DNA from: an uncultured Chloroflexia bacterium
Lineage (GTDB): Bacteria; Chloroflexota; Limnocylindria; Limnocylindrales; CSP1-4
Length of the DNA: 64,000 nucleotides
Assembly: GCA_963780375.1 (NCBI GenBank)
Contig: CAWABV010000008.1
Coordinates: forward strand, 696,497-760,496
Direction of reading: 5' to 3'
The notes below the pieces were generated by a model that was not told the DNA's origin, did not search any database, and was given only the letters and a program-made list of their open reading frames with translations. Positions 10,539 through 20,146 of this stretch are shown in pieces (the stretch's first letter is position 1; the number at the start of each line of letters is the position of its first letter). A program made the position numbers and the translations under genes.

Positions 10539-11203
10539 TCGGATCGGTCGGGTTCGTCGCTCGGCGGCGGGAACGTTCTTCGGAGAGCTGGCGTTTCGCC
10601 GGTCGCCCCGCGCCTCGACGATCGAGCGACGAGGTCGACCACAGCTGATCCGATGGCCCGACGCTCCAGCGACCGGATCGTGATGACCCACAGAACGGCC
10701 ACGGCGGCGAGTAGGGGCGCGACACGGACCGCTGCGGCGACGCCCATCTTGATCACCTCACCGACCGCGGGACCGGTCAACTCCGTGTGATCCGACGCGG
10801 CGACGACCACGAACACGGCGATAGCGGTGGACAGCGCCGCTGCGACCGGCGCGCCGATCGCCAGCGCGATGCCCACCACGAGCGCATCGATGCGCGACCC
10901 GACGGCGGTCGGGGCGAGCCCGGCGCCGAGCAACGCGAGCGCCGGAACGGCCATGAGCGCGATCGCGATGGGGACCGTGACGGGTCGACCGGCAGCCTCA
11001 GGGGCCAGGATCCCGGCGATCGTCGCCACGCCGCCAAGGAGGACCGCTGCAAGCAGCGCTCCCCGGCGAGCCGTGCGGATGGCCGCGAGACGACGTCCCG
11101 ATGGGTCGGGCCGCCAGCTCGGGGACCACGGGTTCGCAGGACCCATAGCCGAAATGTACCCTCCCGGTCCGCCATCCAGACCCCCTGCGGTGCCTCGCGG
11201 CAC
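10535..11203 (-). CDS. Multi-pass membrane protein, unknown function
   Basis: 222-aa ORF, Ala/Val/Leu-rich with several TM-like segments. Start uncertain; MGPANPW is also possible. Confidence 0.4.
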   Translation of the reverse strand: MPRGTAGGLDGGPGGYISAMGPANPWSPSWRPDPSGRRLAAIRTARRGALLAAVLLGGVATIAGILAPEAAGRPVTVPIAIALMAVPALALLGAGLAPTAVGSRIDALVVGIALAIGAPVAAALSTAIAVFVVVAASDHTELTGPAVGEVIKMGVAAAVRVAPLLAAVAVLWVITIRSLERRAIGSAVVDLVARSSRRGATGETPALRRTFPPPSDEPDRSD

Positions 11204-11250
11204 CAGAGGTTAGCGTCCTTCCGCCCGTCGGCGGCCGGTACGATGCCCGC

Positions 11251-12057
11251 ATGAACGCGCTCCGACTCGAGCGGACCGGACCCGAGGGCGTCGTCGCGCG
11301 AGTGACGCTCGCTCGACCCGACGTGCACAACGCGTTCGATGCCTCCCTGATCGCCGAACTGCGATCGACGTTCGCCGGGTTCGCTCGCGAGGATCCTTCG
11401 GCCTTGCGTGTGGTCGTCCTGTCCGGCGATGGGCCGTCGTTCTGCGCCGGCGCGGACATCACCTGGATGCGAGCCGCCATGACGCTGGACGTCGAGGGCA
11501 ACGAGCAGGACGCGATGGCGATGGCCGACATGTTCGAAGCCATCGATGTCTGCCCCGTCCCAGTGATCGCCAGGGTCCACGGCGCGGCGCTCGGTGGCGG
11601 CATGGGGCTCTGCGCGGTCGCCGACCTGGTGGTCGCGGAAAGTGGGACGCGGTTCGGGTTCACTGAGACGCGTCTCGGCATCCTGCCGGCTGTGATCTCC
11701 CCGTTCGTCGTCGCGAAGATCGGCGAGTCCCATGCGCGCGCCCTGTTCCCGGGCGGTCGCCGCTTCGACGCCGTCCGGGCGCAGCGCATCGGCCTCGTGC
11801 ACGAGCTGGCCGAGGGTGAAGAAGCGCTCGACACCGCCGTCGGATCGGCCATCGACGACATCCTCGCCTCGGGGCCGACGGCCGCCCGTGCCGCCAAAGC
11901 CGTCGTTCGCGAGGTGCGCGGGCTCGGCCACGGCTCGGCGAAATGGCACACGGCGCGCGTCATCGCTCGACAGCGGGTCAGCGCCGAAGCCCGCGAAGGC
12001 TTCGAGGCCTTCAGCGACAAGCGTCGACCTGCCTGGTCTCCCGAGGTCGATGACTGA
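11251..12057 (+). CDS. Enoyl-CoA hydratase/isomerase family; methylglutaconyl-CoA hydratase (LiuC) by context
   Basis: 268 aa: RVTLARPDVHNAF..VVLSGDGPSFCAGADI..RVHGAALGGGMGL..FTETRLGI. Confidence 0.8.
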   Translation: MNALRLERTGPEGVVARVTLARPDVHNAFDASLIAELRSTFAGFAREDPSALRVVVLSGDGPSFCAGADITWMRAAMTLDVEGNEQDAMAMADMFEAIDVCPVPVIARVHGAALGGGMGLCAVADLVVAESGTRFGFTETRLGILPAVISPFVVAKIGESHARALFPGGRRFDAVRAQRIGLVHELAEGEEALDTAVGSAIDDILASGPTAARAAKAVVREVRGLGHGSAKWHTARVIARQRVSAEAREGFEAFSDKRRPAWSPEVDD

Positions 12058-12165
12058 ACGATCGGTCGCACTCATCGGTCGTGGCGGCGTCCGTGCACGT
12101 GCCTGCGACCTCGAAAGGCGCTTGGGCTCGTTGTCGCGGCGCGAATATGCGACGATCGCGACGAA

Positions 12166-14160
12166 ATGGCCGAAGAACTGAGCCCGAGTGAGGTTGCACG
12201 TCGGCTAGGGACTTCGACACGAACGGTTCAGCGGTGGATCGCCTCCGGTCGGCTGCCGGCCCGACGCGTTGGGGGTCGATGGCGTGTCGCGTTTGACGCG
12301 TTTGACGCGCTAAACCCACCAGACCATGAGGCAGACAGACCCAGGACGATCTCGTCGATCTTCATCGCCAACCGAGGCGAGATCGCGAACCGGATCACGC
12401 GGACGTGCGCGCAGCTCGGGATCCGAGCGATCGCTCCCCAGACGACCGGGCCGGCTGCCGTCGACCTGCTCGACATCGACGCCGTCGTCCGCGCGGCGCA
12501 GGACGCCTCGGCCGATGCGGTTCATCCGGGCTTCGGGTTCCTGGCAGAGAACGCCGACTTCGCGCAAGCCGTCATCGATGCGGGCATCCGCTGGATCGGG
12601 CCGCCCCCGGCGGCGATCCGCACGATGGGCGACAAGGCGGCCGCGCGACGGCTGGCCATACGGCTCGGGGTGCCGACTCCGGCCGGATACGACGACACGG
12701 ACCAGTCGGACGACGCCCTCCTCGAGGCCGCGGGGCGGGTCGGCACGCCCCTCCTCATCAAGCCGGCGGCCGGTGGCGGTGGGAAGGGGATGCGCACGGT
12801 CCGTGAGCTCGAGCGCCTGCCGGTCGAGATCGCCGCCGCACGCCGCGAAGCGCAAGCCGCGTTCGCGGATGATCGGCTGATCCTCGAACGGCTGGTGGAA
12901 GGCGCTCGACACGTCGAGATCCAGATCCTGTTCGATCGACATGGCAACGGCGTCCATCTCGGCGAGCGCGACTGTTCGATCCAGCGGCGCCACCAGAAGG
13001 TCCTCGAGGAGGCGGGATCTCCGGCTGTCGATGCGGATCTCCGGGAGCGAATGGGCCAAGCGGCGCTCACGCTCGCCGCCGCCGTCGACTACGAGAGCGC
13101 GGGGACCTGCGAGTTCCTCCTCGGCGAGCGCGGCGACTTCACGTTCCTCGAGATGAACACAAGGCTCCAGGTCGAGCACCCCGTGACGGAGCTGGTCACC
13201 GGCCGTGACCTGGTCGCCGATCAGATCCGCATCGCCGGCAGCGAGGCCCTCGACTTCGGGCAGGCGGACGTCCGCCGCGACGGTCACGCGGTCGAGGTCC
13301 GGGTGTACGCCGAGGACGCCGAGGAGGGGTTCCTGCCTGCCACCGGGACAATCCATCGACTGCGCTGGCCGGCCGGAGACGGGATCCGCGTGGATGCCGG
13401 GGTCGCCGAAGGCAACGAGGTCACCGACCGGTTCGACCCGATGCTGGCCAAGATCATCGCGCACGGTCAGGACCGCGACGAAGCCCTCGACCGCCTGACT
13501 CGTGCGCTCGACGAGACGGTGATCCTCGGCGTGACGACGAACCTCCGCTTCTTGCGCTGGCTCGTCCGCGAACCTGCCGTCCGCGACGGTTTGGCCAGGA
13601 CCGACACGCTCGAACGCATCTGGCCCCCCGATGACTGGGATCGGCGCGCGAGGATCCCCGATGCCGCGTGGTCGACCGCGACGCGGCTGCTGCTGTCCCG
13701 ACGCGGGGGCGAGGAAGACGGGTTCCGGCTCAACGCGCCGCCGAGTGCCCGCATCGCGGCTGAGGGCGAAACGAGGACGGTCAGACTCGTCCCGGGCGGT
13801 CCGACGCTCCGTGCGGCGACGGCCGAGGTCGACGGCATCGTCTATGTCGACATCGCAGGGCGCAGTGTGGCGTTCAGGGTCGCGACGCCACCGGATGTCG
13901 ACCGGGCGGCGAACGCCGCCGCCGCGGCACACGGGACCGGGCCCGTCGAGCTGGTCGCGCCGATGCCCGGTCAGGTGCTGGCGATCGCCGCGCCGGCTGG
14001 CACGGACGTCGAAGCCGGTGACACGGTCGTGATCCTCGAGGCGATGAAGATGGAGCACGCCGTGACGGCGCCACGGGCCGGCGTCGTGACCGACATCGCG
14101 GTCCGCCAGGGTGAGCAGGTGACCCGCGGCCAGAGGCTCGCGGTCGTCGAGCCCCGCTGA
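12166..14160 (+). CDS. Methylcrotonyl/acyl-CoA carboxylase alpha subunit (biotin carboxylase + BCCP) with an N-terminal excisionase-type HTH extension
   Basis: The N-terminal roughly 60 aa, LSPSEVARRLGTSTRTVQRWIASGRLPARRVGGRWRV, is in frame with IFIANRGEIANRITRTC. This is followed by the ATP-grasp body and the biotinylation motif VILEAMKMEH. Confidence 0.9.
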   Translation: MAEELSPSEVARRLGTSTRTVQRWIASGRLPARRVGGRWRVAFDAFDALNPPDHEADRPRTISSIFIANRGEIANRITRTCAQLGIRAIAPQTTGPAAVDLLDIDAVVRAAQDASADAVHPGFGFLAENADFAQAVIDAGIRWIGPPPAAIRTMGDKAAARRLAIRLGVPTPAGYDDTDQSDDALLEAAGRVGTPLLIKPAAGGGGKGMRTVRELERLPVEIAAARREAQAAFADDRLILERLVEGARHVEIQILFDRHGNGVHLGERDCSIQRRHQKVLEEAGSPAVDADLRERMGQAALTLAAAVDYESAGTCEFLLGERGDFTFLEMNTRLQVEHPVTELVTGRDLVADQIRIAGSEALDFGQADVRRDGHAVEVRVYAEDAEEGFLPATGTIHRLRWPAGDGIRVDAGVAEGNEVTDRFDPMLAKIIAHGQDRDEALDRLTRALDETVILGVTTNLRFLRWLVREPAVRDGLARTDTLERIWPPDDWDRRARIPDAAWSTATRLLLSRRGGEEDGFRLNAPPSARIAAEGETRTVRLVPGGPTLRAATAEVDGIVYVDIAGRSVAFRVATPPDVDRAANAAAAAHGTGPVELVAPMPGQVLAIAAPAGTDVEAGDTVVILEAMKMEHAVTAPRAGVVTDIAVRQGEQVTRGQRLAVVEPR

Positions 14161-14184
14161 ACCGCGACACGGTACGCTTCCACC

Positions 14185-14376
14185 ATGTCGAACGACAGCC
14201 GCACGCGCCTCCCGAAGACGCGGGCCGAACTCCTCGAGCTGCACCGCCAGACGCGCGCGAAGCGCAACGCGGCGGAATGGGGCAGCCCGGAGCACGTCGA
14301 AGCGATCACCCTGATCGAGCGGATCGAGGTCGAGATCGCCCGGGTCGAGCGGGCGATGGATCCGCCCCTCGTCTGA
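14185..14376 (+). CDS. Small (63 aa) helical protein embedded in the carboxylase operon
   Basis: Nearly every codon ends in G/C (GC3 bias like the flanking genes). It is tightly packed, 24 nt after the alpha subunit and 10 nt before the HMG-CoA lyase gene. Confidence 0.55.
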   Translation: MSNDSRTRLPKTRAELLELHRQTRAKRNAAEWGSPEHVEAITLIERIEVEIARVERAMDPPLV

Positions 14377-14386
14377 TCGCCCGTCG

Positions 14387-15331
14387 ATGACGATTGGGTC
14401 CGGCGATCGTCGCGTCCGGATCTACGAGGTCGGCCCGCGCGACGGGCTCCAGAACGAGGCGGTCGCCGTGGCGACGGAGACGAAGCTCCGCTTCATCGAG
14501 CTCCTGGCCGACGCAGGCTTGCGCGACATCGAGGCGACCTCGTTCGTTTCCCCGAAGGCTATTCCGCAGCTTGCCGACGCCGACGAGGTCGTGGCCGGAC
14601 TGCCTGCGCACGTTGGCGTTCGGTTCCCGGTCCTTGTGCCCAACGAGCGTGGGCTTGCGCGAGCCGAGGCTGCCGGCGTCGACGCGATCGCCGTGTTCAC
14701 CGCCGCGACCGACGCTTTCACGCAGCACAACATCGGGATGACCATCGACGCATCTCTGGCGGCGTTCGCTCCGGTCCTGGCCCGAGCCGACGAGCTGGGC
14801 TGGTGGCGGCGCGCGTACGTATCGACGGCCTTCGGTTGCCCGTACACCGGGCGGGTCGACCCGAGCGATGCCGTCGAGGTCGCCGTCCGCCTCATGGCCC
14901 TCGGCGTCGACGAGATCTGCTTCGGGGACACGATCGGTGTCGGCGTGCCGCACCAGGTGACCGAGCTGGTCGGGCTCGCGCTCGAAGCGGGTGTCCCGAT
15001 CGCCCGGCAGGCGTACCACTTCCATGACACCCGCGGGACGGCGCTGGCCAACGTCGCGGCCGGTCTCGCGGCCGGCGTGCGGACATTCGATTCGGCTGCC
15101 GGCGGGACCGGCGGATGCCCGTACGCACCGGGCGCCGCGGGCAATCTCGCGACGGAGGACCTCGTCTATCTGCTCGACGCGTCCGGCTACGAGCATGGCG
15201 TGTCGCTGGAGGACGTCCTGACGGCCGCCCGCTTCATCGCCGATGCACTCGGCAAGCCGCTCGCGACGAAGGTCGGTCAGGCCGGCGGCTGGGACCCCGA
15301 GACGGGTAGAGCGACAGGGCGCATCCCCTAG
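14387..15331 (+). CDS. Hydroxymethylglutaryl-CoA lyase (LiuE/HmgL-type)
   Basis: VRIYEVGPRDGLQNE signature; later HFHDTRG and GGCPYAPGAAGN. Confidence 0.9.
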   Translation: MTIGSGDRRVRIYEVGPRDGLQNEAVAVATETKLRFIELLADAGLRDIEATSFVSPKAIPQLADADEVVAGLPAHVGVRFPVLVPNERGLARAEAAGVDAIAVFTAATDAFTQHNIGMTIDASLAAFAPVLARADELGWWRRAYVSTAFGCPYTGRVDPSDAVEVAVRLMALGVDEICFGDTIGVGVPHQVTELVGLALEAGVPIARQAYHFHDTRGTALANVAAGLAAGVRTFDSAAGGTGGCPYAPGAAGNLATEDLVYLLDASGYEHGVSLEDVLTAARFIADALGKPLATKVGQAGGWDPETGRATGRIP

Positions 15332-15379
15332 GCCGAGCGGTCCTGCGCGTTCCAGTGAACTTGTTATCCTCCGCCCACT

Positions 15380-15895
15380 ATGCACGGCGTCGTACTCGTT
15401 CTGAACCAGAACTACGAGCCGCTCAACGTCTGCAACATCCCGAGGGCCTTCCGCCTGCTGTTCGGTGAGAAGGCCGAGGTGATCGAGTACGACCACCAGA
15501 TGATCAGGACGCCGCGGACAGAGTTCCGCGCGCCGTCGGTGATCCGCCTCCAACACCTGATCAAGCGACCGCGACCGCGGGTCAAGCTGTCGAGGCGCGA
15601 GGTGTTCGCCCGCGACCGCCACACCTGCCAGTACTGCGGCCGGCAGACGCACGACCTGACGCTCGACCATGTCGTGCCCCGCCATCGTGGCGGCGGACAC
15701 ACTTGGGACAACCTCGTGACGGCGTGCAAGTCGTGCAACCACCGCAAGGGTGGCAAGACGCTCGACGAGGCCCGGCTCCGCCTCCATCGCGATCCATACG
15801 AGCCGCGCAGCGACATCTACTCGCTGTTCACGCCCTACCTCGCCGACGATCAGAACGACGCGTGGCGGACGTACCTGTTCCTCGGGAGGAACTGA
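15380..15895 (+). CDS. HNH endonuclease (stand-alone, conserved-type)
   Basis: CQYCGRQTHDLTLDHVVPRHRGGGHTWDNLVTACKSCNHRKG, i.e. HNH with two CxxC pairs. Confidence 0.85.
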   Translation: MHGVVLVLNQNYEPLNVCNIPRAFRLLFGEKAEVIEYDHQMIRTPRTEFRAPSVIRLQHLIKRPRPRVKLSRREVFARDRHTCQYCGRQTHDLTLDHVVPRHRGGGHTWDNLVTACKSCNHRKGGKTLDEARLRLHRDPYEPRSDIYSLFTPYLADDQNDAWRTYLFLGRN

Positions 15896-17274
15896 CGCCC
15901 GACGCGGGTCTTCCCGTCGATCCAGCGCCGGCGCTGCCCGCCGCCGTCCAGGATCTCCTCGAGCGCCTGTGGTCGGAGGGTCACGCCGCCTACGTGGTCG
16001 GCGGATCGCTTCGCGACACGATCATCGGGCGAACCCCGGCCGACTGGGATCTCGCCACGTCCGCCCTGCCGCAGCAGACCGCCGCGCTGTTCCCGGAGGC
16101 CGCCTACGAGAACGCCTTCGGTTCGGTGGTCGTGCCGTCCGGCGACCACGCGATCGACGACGTCGATATCACGACGATGCGCTCCGACCACGACTATGCC
16201 GACTTCCGGCGCCCGCATCGGGTCGACTTCACCGACTCGATCGAACGCGATCTGGCCCGCCGGGACTTCACGGTCAACGCCATCGCTTGGGGCGCCGAAG
16301 CGGGCGGGCAACGTCGCCTCGTCGACCCGCACGATGGCCGCGCCGACCTGAAGCGGCGGCTGCTGCGCGCGGTCGGCGATCCCTCGACGCGCTTCGGCGA
16401 GGACGCGCTGCGGATGCTGCGCGCCGTCCGTCTAGCGTCGATGCTCGGCTTCGACATCGAGCCCGCGACGCTGGAGGCCATCCACGCGCGTGCCGAGCTC
16501 GTCCAGCACCTGTCGGGCGAGCGCATCGCGACCGAGATGCGGCGACTGCTCGGGTCCGACGCCCCATCGACCGGTCTGCGGCTCCTCGCGGACACCGGCC
16601 TGCTCGACCACCTCGCCCCTGAGCTCACGGCGCAACGGGGAGTGCCGCAGAACAAGATCGCTGGCGAGGACCTGTGGGACCACACGATCCGATCGGTCGA
16701 CGGCGCGACGACCGACCCGGCGCACCTCCGCGTGGCCGCCCTGCTCCACGACCTCGGAAAGCCCTCGACGATGGCCGACGGCCGGTTCGTCGGCCACGAG
16801 CTGGTCGGGGCCGACATGGCGCGCGTCCTGCTCGACCGCTGGCGCTGGCCGACAGCCGAGCGCGACCGGGTCGCCCACCTGGTCCGCCACCACATGTTCG
16901 GGTACGTGCCGCGCTGGTCCGATGCGGCCGTACGCCGGTTCATCGTCAAGGTCGGTCCAGACGCACTCGATGAGCTGTTCCTCCTGCGCGAGGCTGACAA
17001 CCGGGGATCCGGCCTGCCGCCCGACGCGGGTCGCCTGGCTGAGCTCCGGTCCCGTGTCGCGGCGCAGCTGGACTCGGGGGCGGCGCTCGACCTGCGCTCG
17101 CTCGCCGTCGACGGCACCGACCTCATCACCGAGTTCGGCTGGCAACCTGGCCCGATCATCGGGACGACGCTGCAGCGGCTGCTCGATCGGGTGATCCGCG
17201 ACCCATCGCTGAACACGCGCGACCGGCTCCTGTCGCTCGCGCGATCGATGGGCTCGGCGGGCCCGGGCTCGTGA
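15862..17274 (+). CDS. CCA-adding enzyme / poly(A) polymerase-family tRNA nucleotidyltransferase with HD domain
   Basis: AAYVVGGSLRDTIIGRTPADWDLAT, RDFTVNAIAW, HD region LLHDLGKP..HELVG. The 5' part of ORF 15703..17274 overlaps the HNH gene, so I moved the start to GTG 15862. CTG 15892 is also possible. Confidence 0.8.
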   Translation: MADVPVPREELTPDAGLPVDPAPALPAAVQDLLERLWSEGHAAYVVGGSLRDTIIGRTPADWDLATSALPQQTAALFPEAAYENAFGSVVVPSGDHAIDDVDITTMRSDHDYADFRRPHRVDFTDSIERDLARRDFTVNAIAWGAEAGGQRRLVDPHDGRADLKRRLLRAVGDPSTRFGEDALRMLRAVRLASMLGFDIEPATLEAIHARAELVQHLSGERIATEMRRLLGSDAPSTGLRLLADTGLLDHLAPELTAQRGVPQNKIAGEDLWDHTIRSVDGATTDPAHLRVAALLHDLGKPSTMADGRFVGHELVGADMARVLLDRWRWPTAERDRVAHLVRHHMFGYVPRWSDAAVRRFIVKVGPDALDELFLLREADNRGSGLPPDAGRLAELRSRVAAQLDSGAALDLRSLAVDGTDLITEFGWQPGPIIGTTLQRLLDRVIRDPSLNTRDRLLSLARSMGSAGPGS

Positions 17275-17777
17275 TCGAGCTCCTGCTCGAGGCCGAGCGC
17301 GCGATGTCGTTCGGTCGTCTTGATCGAGCCGGCGAGATCTACCAGCAAGTCGCGGAGGCCGACCCGAAGAACTCGATCGCTGTGGTCGGTCTGGCACGGG
17401 TCGCGCTCGAGCGCGGCGACGACCTGTCCTCCTACATGCTCGCGCGACGCGCGCTCGGGATCGACCCGGAGAACGAGGCTGCTCGGCGGCTCGCCGTCCG
17501 CCTGGAGGAGGTGCTCGCGACACGCGGCGAGCCGGTGGCCGATCCGCTCGTAGCGACACAGACGGACCCGGCGAACGTTGCGAGGCCGGATCCGCCACCA
17601 GAGCCTTTGCCATCGGCGCCCACCGAGGCGGCGGAGCCCGCCACGACGCCCAGCTCGGACGCGCCTCTACGACCAGCGACCGCCAGCCCCGCGACCGCGA
17701 CGCATCCGCCGGGCGCCCATATCCCGCAACGGTCGACCAAGCGCCGCTCGCTCCTCGACCGGATCCGGCGCAAGTAA
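17271..17777 (+). CDS. TPR-like N-terminal domain protein with a Pro/Ala/Thr-rich tail
   Basis: GTGA overlap with the upstream stop. GRLDRAGEIYQQVAEADPKNSIAVVGLARVALERGD is TPR-like. Confidence 0.5.
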   Translation: MIELLLEAERAMSFGRLDRAGEIYQQVAEADPKNSIAVVGLARVALERGDDLSSYMLARRALGIDPENEAARRLAVRLEEVLATRGEPVADPLVATQTDPANVARPDPPPEPLPSAPTEAAEPATTPSSDAPLRPATASPATATHPPGAHIPQRSTKRRSLLDRIRRK

Positions 17778-17786
17778 GGTTCGCCG

Positions 17787-18785
17787 ATGACGCGCATCCT
17801 GGTCACGGGTGGGGCGGGCTATGTCGGGGCGGTCAGCGTCGAGACGTTCCTCGCCGCCGGCCACGAGGTCGTCGTCCTCGACGATCTGTCGACCGGCCAT
17901 CGATCGGCCGTCCCGGACGGCGCCCGGCTGATCGTGGGCGACTACGCGGACCGTGCCACGACGGCCGCGGTGTTCGCGGAGGAGTCGATCGATGCGATCC
18001 TCCATTGCGCCGCCCGGTCGCTGGTCGGCGAGTCGCTCCGGGAGCCGGCACGCTACTTCCAGGACAACGTGGCCGGCGGGATCTCCCTGCTCGAGGCGGC
18101 TCGTCAGGCTGGCGTACGCCGGTTCGTTCTGTCGTCGACCGCAGCGGTCTACGGCGTGCCCGACACGACGCCCATCCCCGAGGAGGCGCCGCTCCGCCCG
18201 ATCAACCCGTATGGGGAGACGAAACGCAGCCTGGAGGCGGTCCTGACCTGGTACGGCCGTGCGTACGAGTTCAGGAGCGTCTCGCTGCGCTACTTCAACG
18301 TTGCCGGTGCGACCGCAGCGATCGGCGAGGACCACGACCCGGAGACCCACCTCATCCCGGCGATCCTCGCGGCGGTCGAAGCCGGACGACCGGTAACGAT
18401 CTTCGGCCACGACTACCCGACCCGCGACGGGACCAACGTCCGCGACTACATCGACGTCGCCGACCTCGCCGACGCGCATCTGCGGGCGATCGACGCCAGC
18501 GTGCCAGGCGACGGGCGGATCGGCGATGGCCTGCTGGTGTGCAACCTCGGGAACGGTGATGGCTTCACGAACCTCGAGGTCCTACGCGCGGCGTCGGCCG
18601 TCGTGGGCCGCGACATCCCGCATGAGATGGCGCCGCGCCGGCCCGGTGACCCGGCGACGCTCGTCGCCTCAGCGGGTAGGGCGGCCGAAGTGTTCAGCTG
18701 GCGGCCGCAACGGCCCAGTCTCGAGGAGATGGTCGCGTCCGCGTGGGCGTGGCGGCAGGCCCACCCCGGCGGCTATCGCGACTAG
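17787..18785 (+). CDS. galE: UDP-glucose 4-epimerase
   Basis: ILVTGGAGYVG, SSTAAVYG, YGETK, NVRDYIDVADLADAH. Confidence 0.9.
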   Translation: MTRILVTGGAGYVGAVSVETFLAAGHEVVVLDDLSTGHRSAVPDGARLIVGDYADRATTAAVFAEESIDAILHCAARSLVGESLREPARYFQDNVAGGISLLEAARQAGVRRFVLSSTAAVYGVPDTTPIPEEAPLRPINPYGETKRSLEAVLTWYGRAYEFRSVSLRYFNVAGATAAIGEDHDPETHLIPAILAAVEAGRPVTIFGHDYPTRDGTNVRDYIDVADLADAHLRAIDASVPGDGRIGDGLLVCNLGNGDGFTNLEVLRAASAVVGRDIPHEMAPRRPGDPATLVASAGRAAEVFSWRPQRPSLEEMVASAWAWRQAHPGGYRD

Positions 18786-20139
18786 GCCTCGATCGCTGGC
18801 GCCATCGGTGCCACCGGCTCCACCGGCTCGGCGGTGACCTCGACGCTGCCCGCCCAGTCATCGCGGACCGGCCAGATCAGCCACACGCCGATGAGCATCG
18901 TGACGAGCAGGCTGAGCACCGCGACCTGGTAGGCACCGATGCCGAGCCGGTCGAGCAACAGGAACAGGATCGCGCCGTACAGCAACGTCCCGATGACCTG
19001 CGAGCCCTTGCCGACCAGCCCGTACAGGCCGAAGAACTCGCCGACCCGCTCCGGCGGCGACAAGCGAAGCATGAACACCCGGTCGGCCACGGTGACCCCG
19101 CCCAGCCCGGACCCGAGGATCGCACCGGCCACGAGGAACGGGCCGAGCCCGGCCGGACCGAGACCGATCGCGATGCCGCCGACCACGAGCCCGATCGCCC
19201 ACGAGAACAGGACCGTGATCAATGCGCGTTTCGGCCCGACCCGATCGCACAGCCAGCCCCATCCGAAGCTCGCGAGGATGGCGACCACGGCGAGGCCGAG
19301 CAGGATGGTGTTGGCGTCGCGGTCGGACACGCCCAGTGCCTCGGTCGTGATGACGGTCATCACCACGATCACGGTGTTGACCGCGTCGCTGTAGAAGAAC
19401 CGGCCGAGCAGGAATCGACCGAGACCGGGTACCTGGCGGGCGTGCTGGATCGTGACCCGGAGCTGGCCGAACGACTCGACGACATCGCGGGCCGTGATCT
19501 TCGGCTCATCGGCGCGGCGGGGCTCCCTCACGAAGATGAAGATCGGGATCGCAAAGAGGGCGAAGAACAGGGCCGTGAGCCGGAAGCGATCGACCACGGG
19601 CACGTCGAGCAGGAAGATGGTGATCGCGACGGTCACGGTCCCGCAGTAGCCGATCGCCGTACCGATGCCGGACAGCCGCCCCCTCGACTCGGGATACGCG
19701 ACCGTCCGGAGCGTCGCGTCGTAGTAGATGAGCGCCGCCTGGTACGAGAAGTTGGCGACGATGAACAGCACGAGCCCGATCGCCGGCGGCACGTTCGCGA
19801 TGAAGAAGGTCGCGACGATGCACTGCGCCGTGAACAGCAGCAGGAACGGCATGCGTCGACCGCCGCGGTCCGACAGCGCGCCGAGGATCGGCGAGACGAT
19901 CGCGTTGATCCCGACACTGAGCGCGAACGCCGCGGCGAACAGCACGCCGCCATCGCGTCGGCCGAACTGGTCGTTCAGGTATAGCCCGATCGCACCGGAC
20001 ACGACGGCAAAGCTGAAGATCGTATTGGCGAAGTCGTACAGCGCCCAAGCGGTCGGGACGATAGCGCGGCCGCTCGGCGTCAGGGCGGCAAGGCCGCGGG
20101 CGCTGGATGCTGGGCCGACTGACGGGGTGGCGTTGGCCA
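18782..20139 (-). CDS. MFS transporter (UMF1/Atg22-like family)
   Basis: WALYDFANTIFSFAVVS start signature and about 12 TM segments. Start set to GTG 20139-20137 (VANATPS). The upstream part of ORF 18782..20953 is antisense to the ligase-like gene. Confidence 0.8.
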
Positions 20140-20146
20140 CGGCGGG

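Noticed and set aside
12310-14295. A 661-aa minus-strand ORF.
   Set aside because: It is antisense to the well-supported carboxylase alpha subunit. Its R/D/G/P/H-rich composition, with no motifs, is typical of shadow ORFs in high-GC DNA.
15380-15895. The HNH endonuclease as a mobile homing element or defence-system component.
   Set aside because: There is no intein or intron context, no flanking repeats, and no methyltransferase, Cas or other defence partners. The codon usage matches its neighbours.
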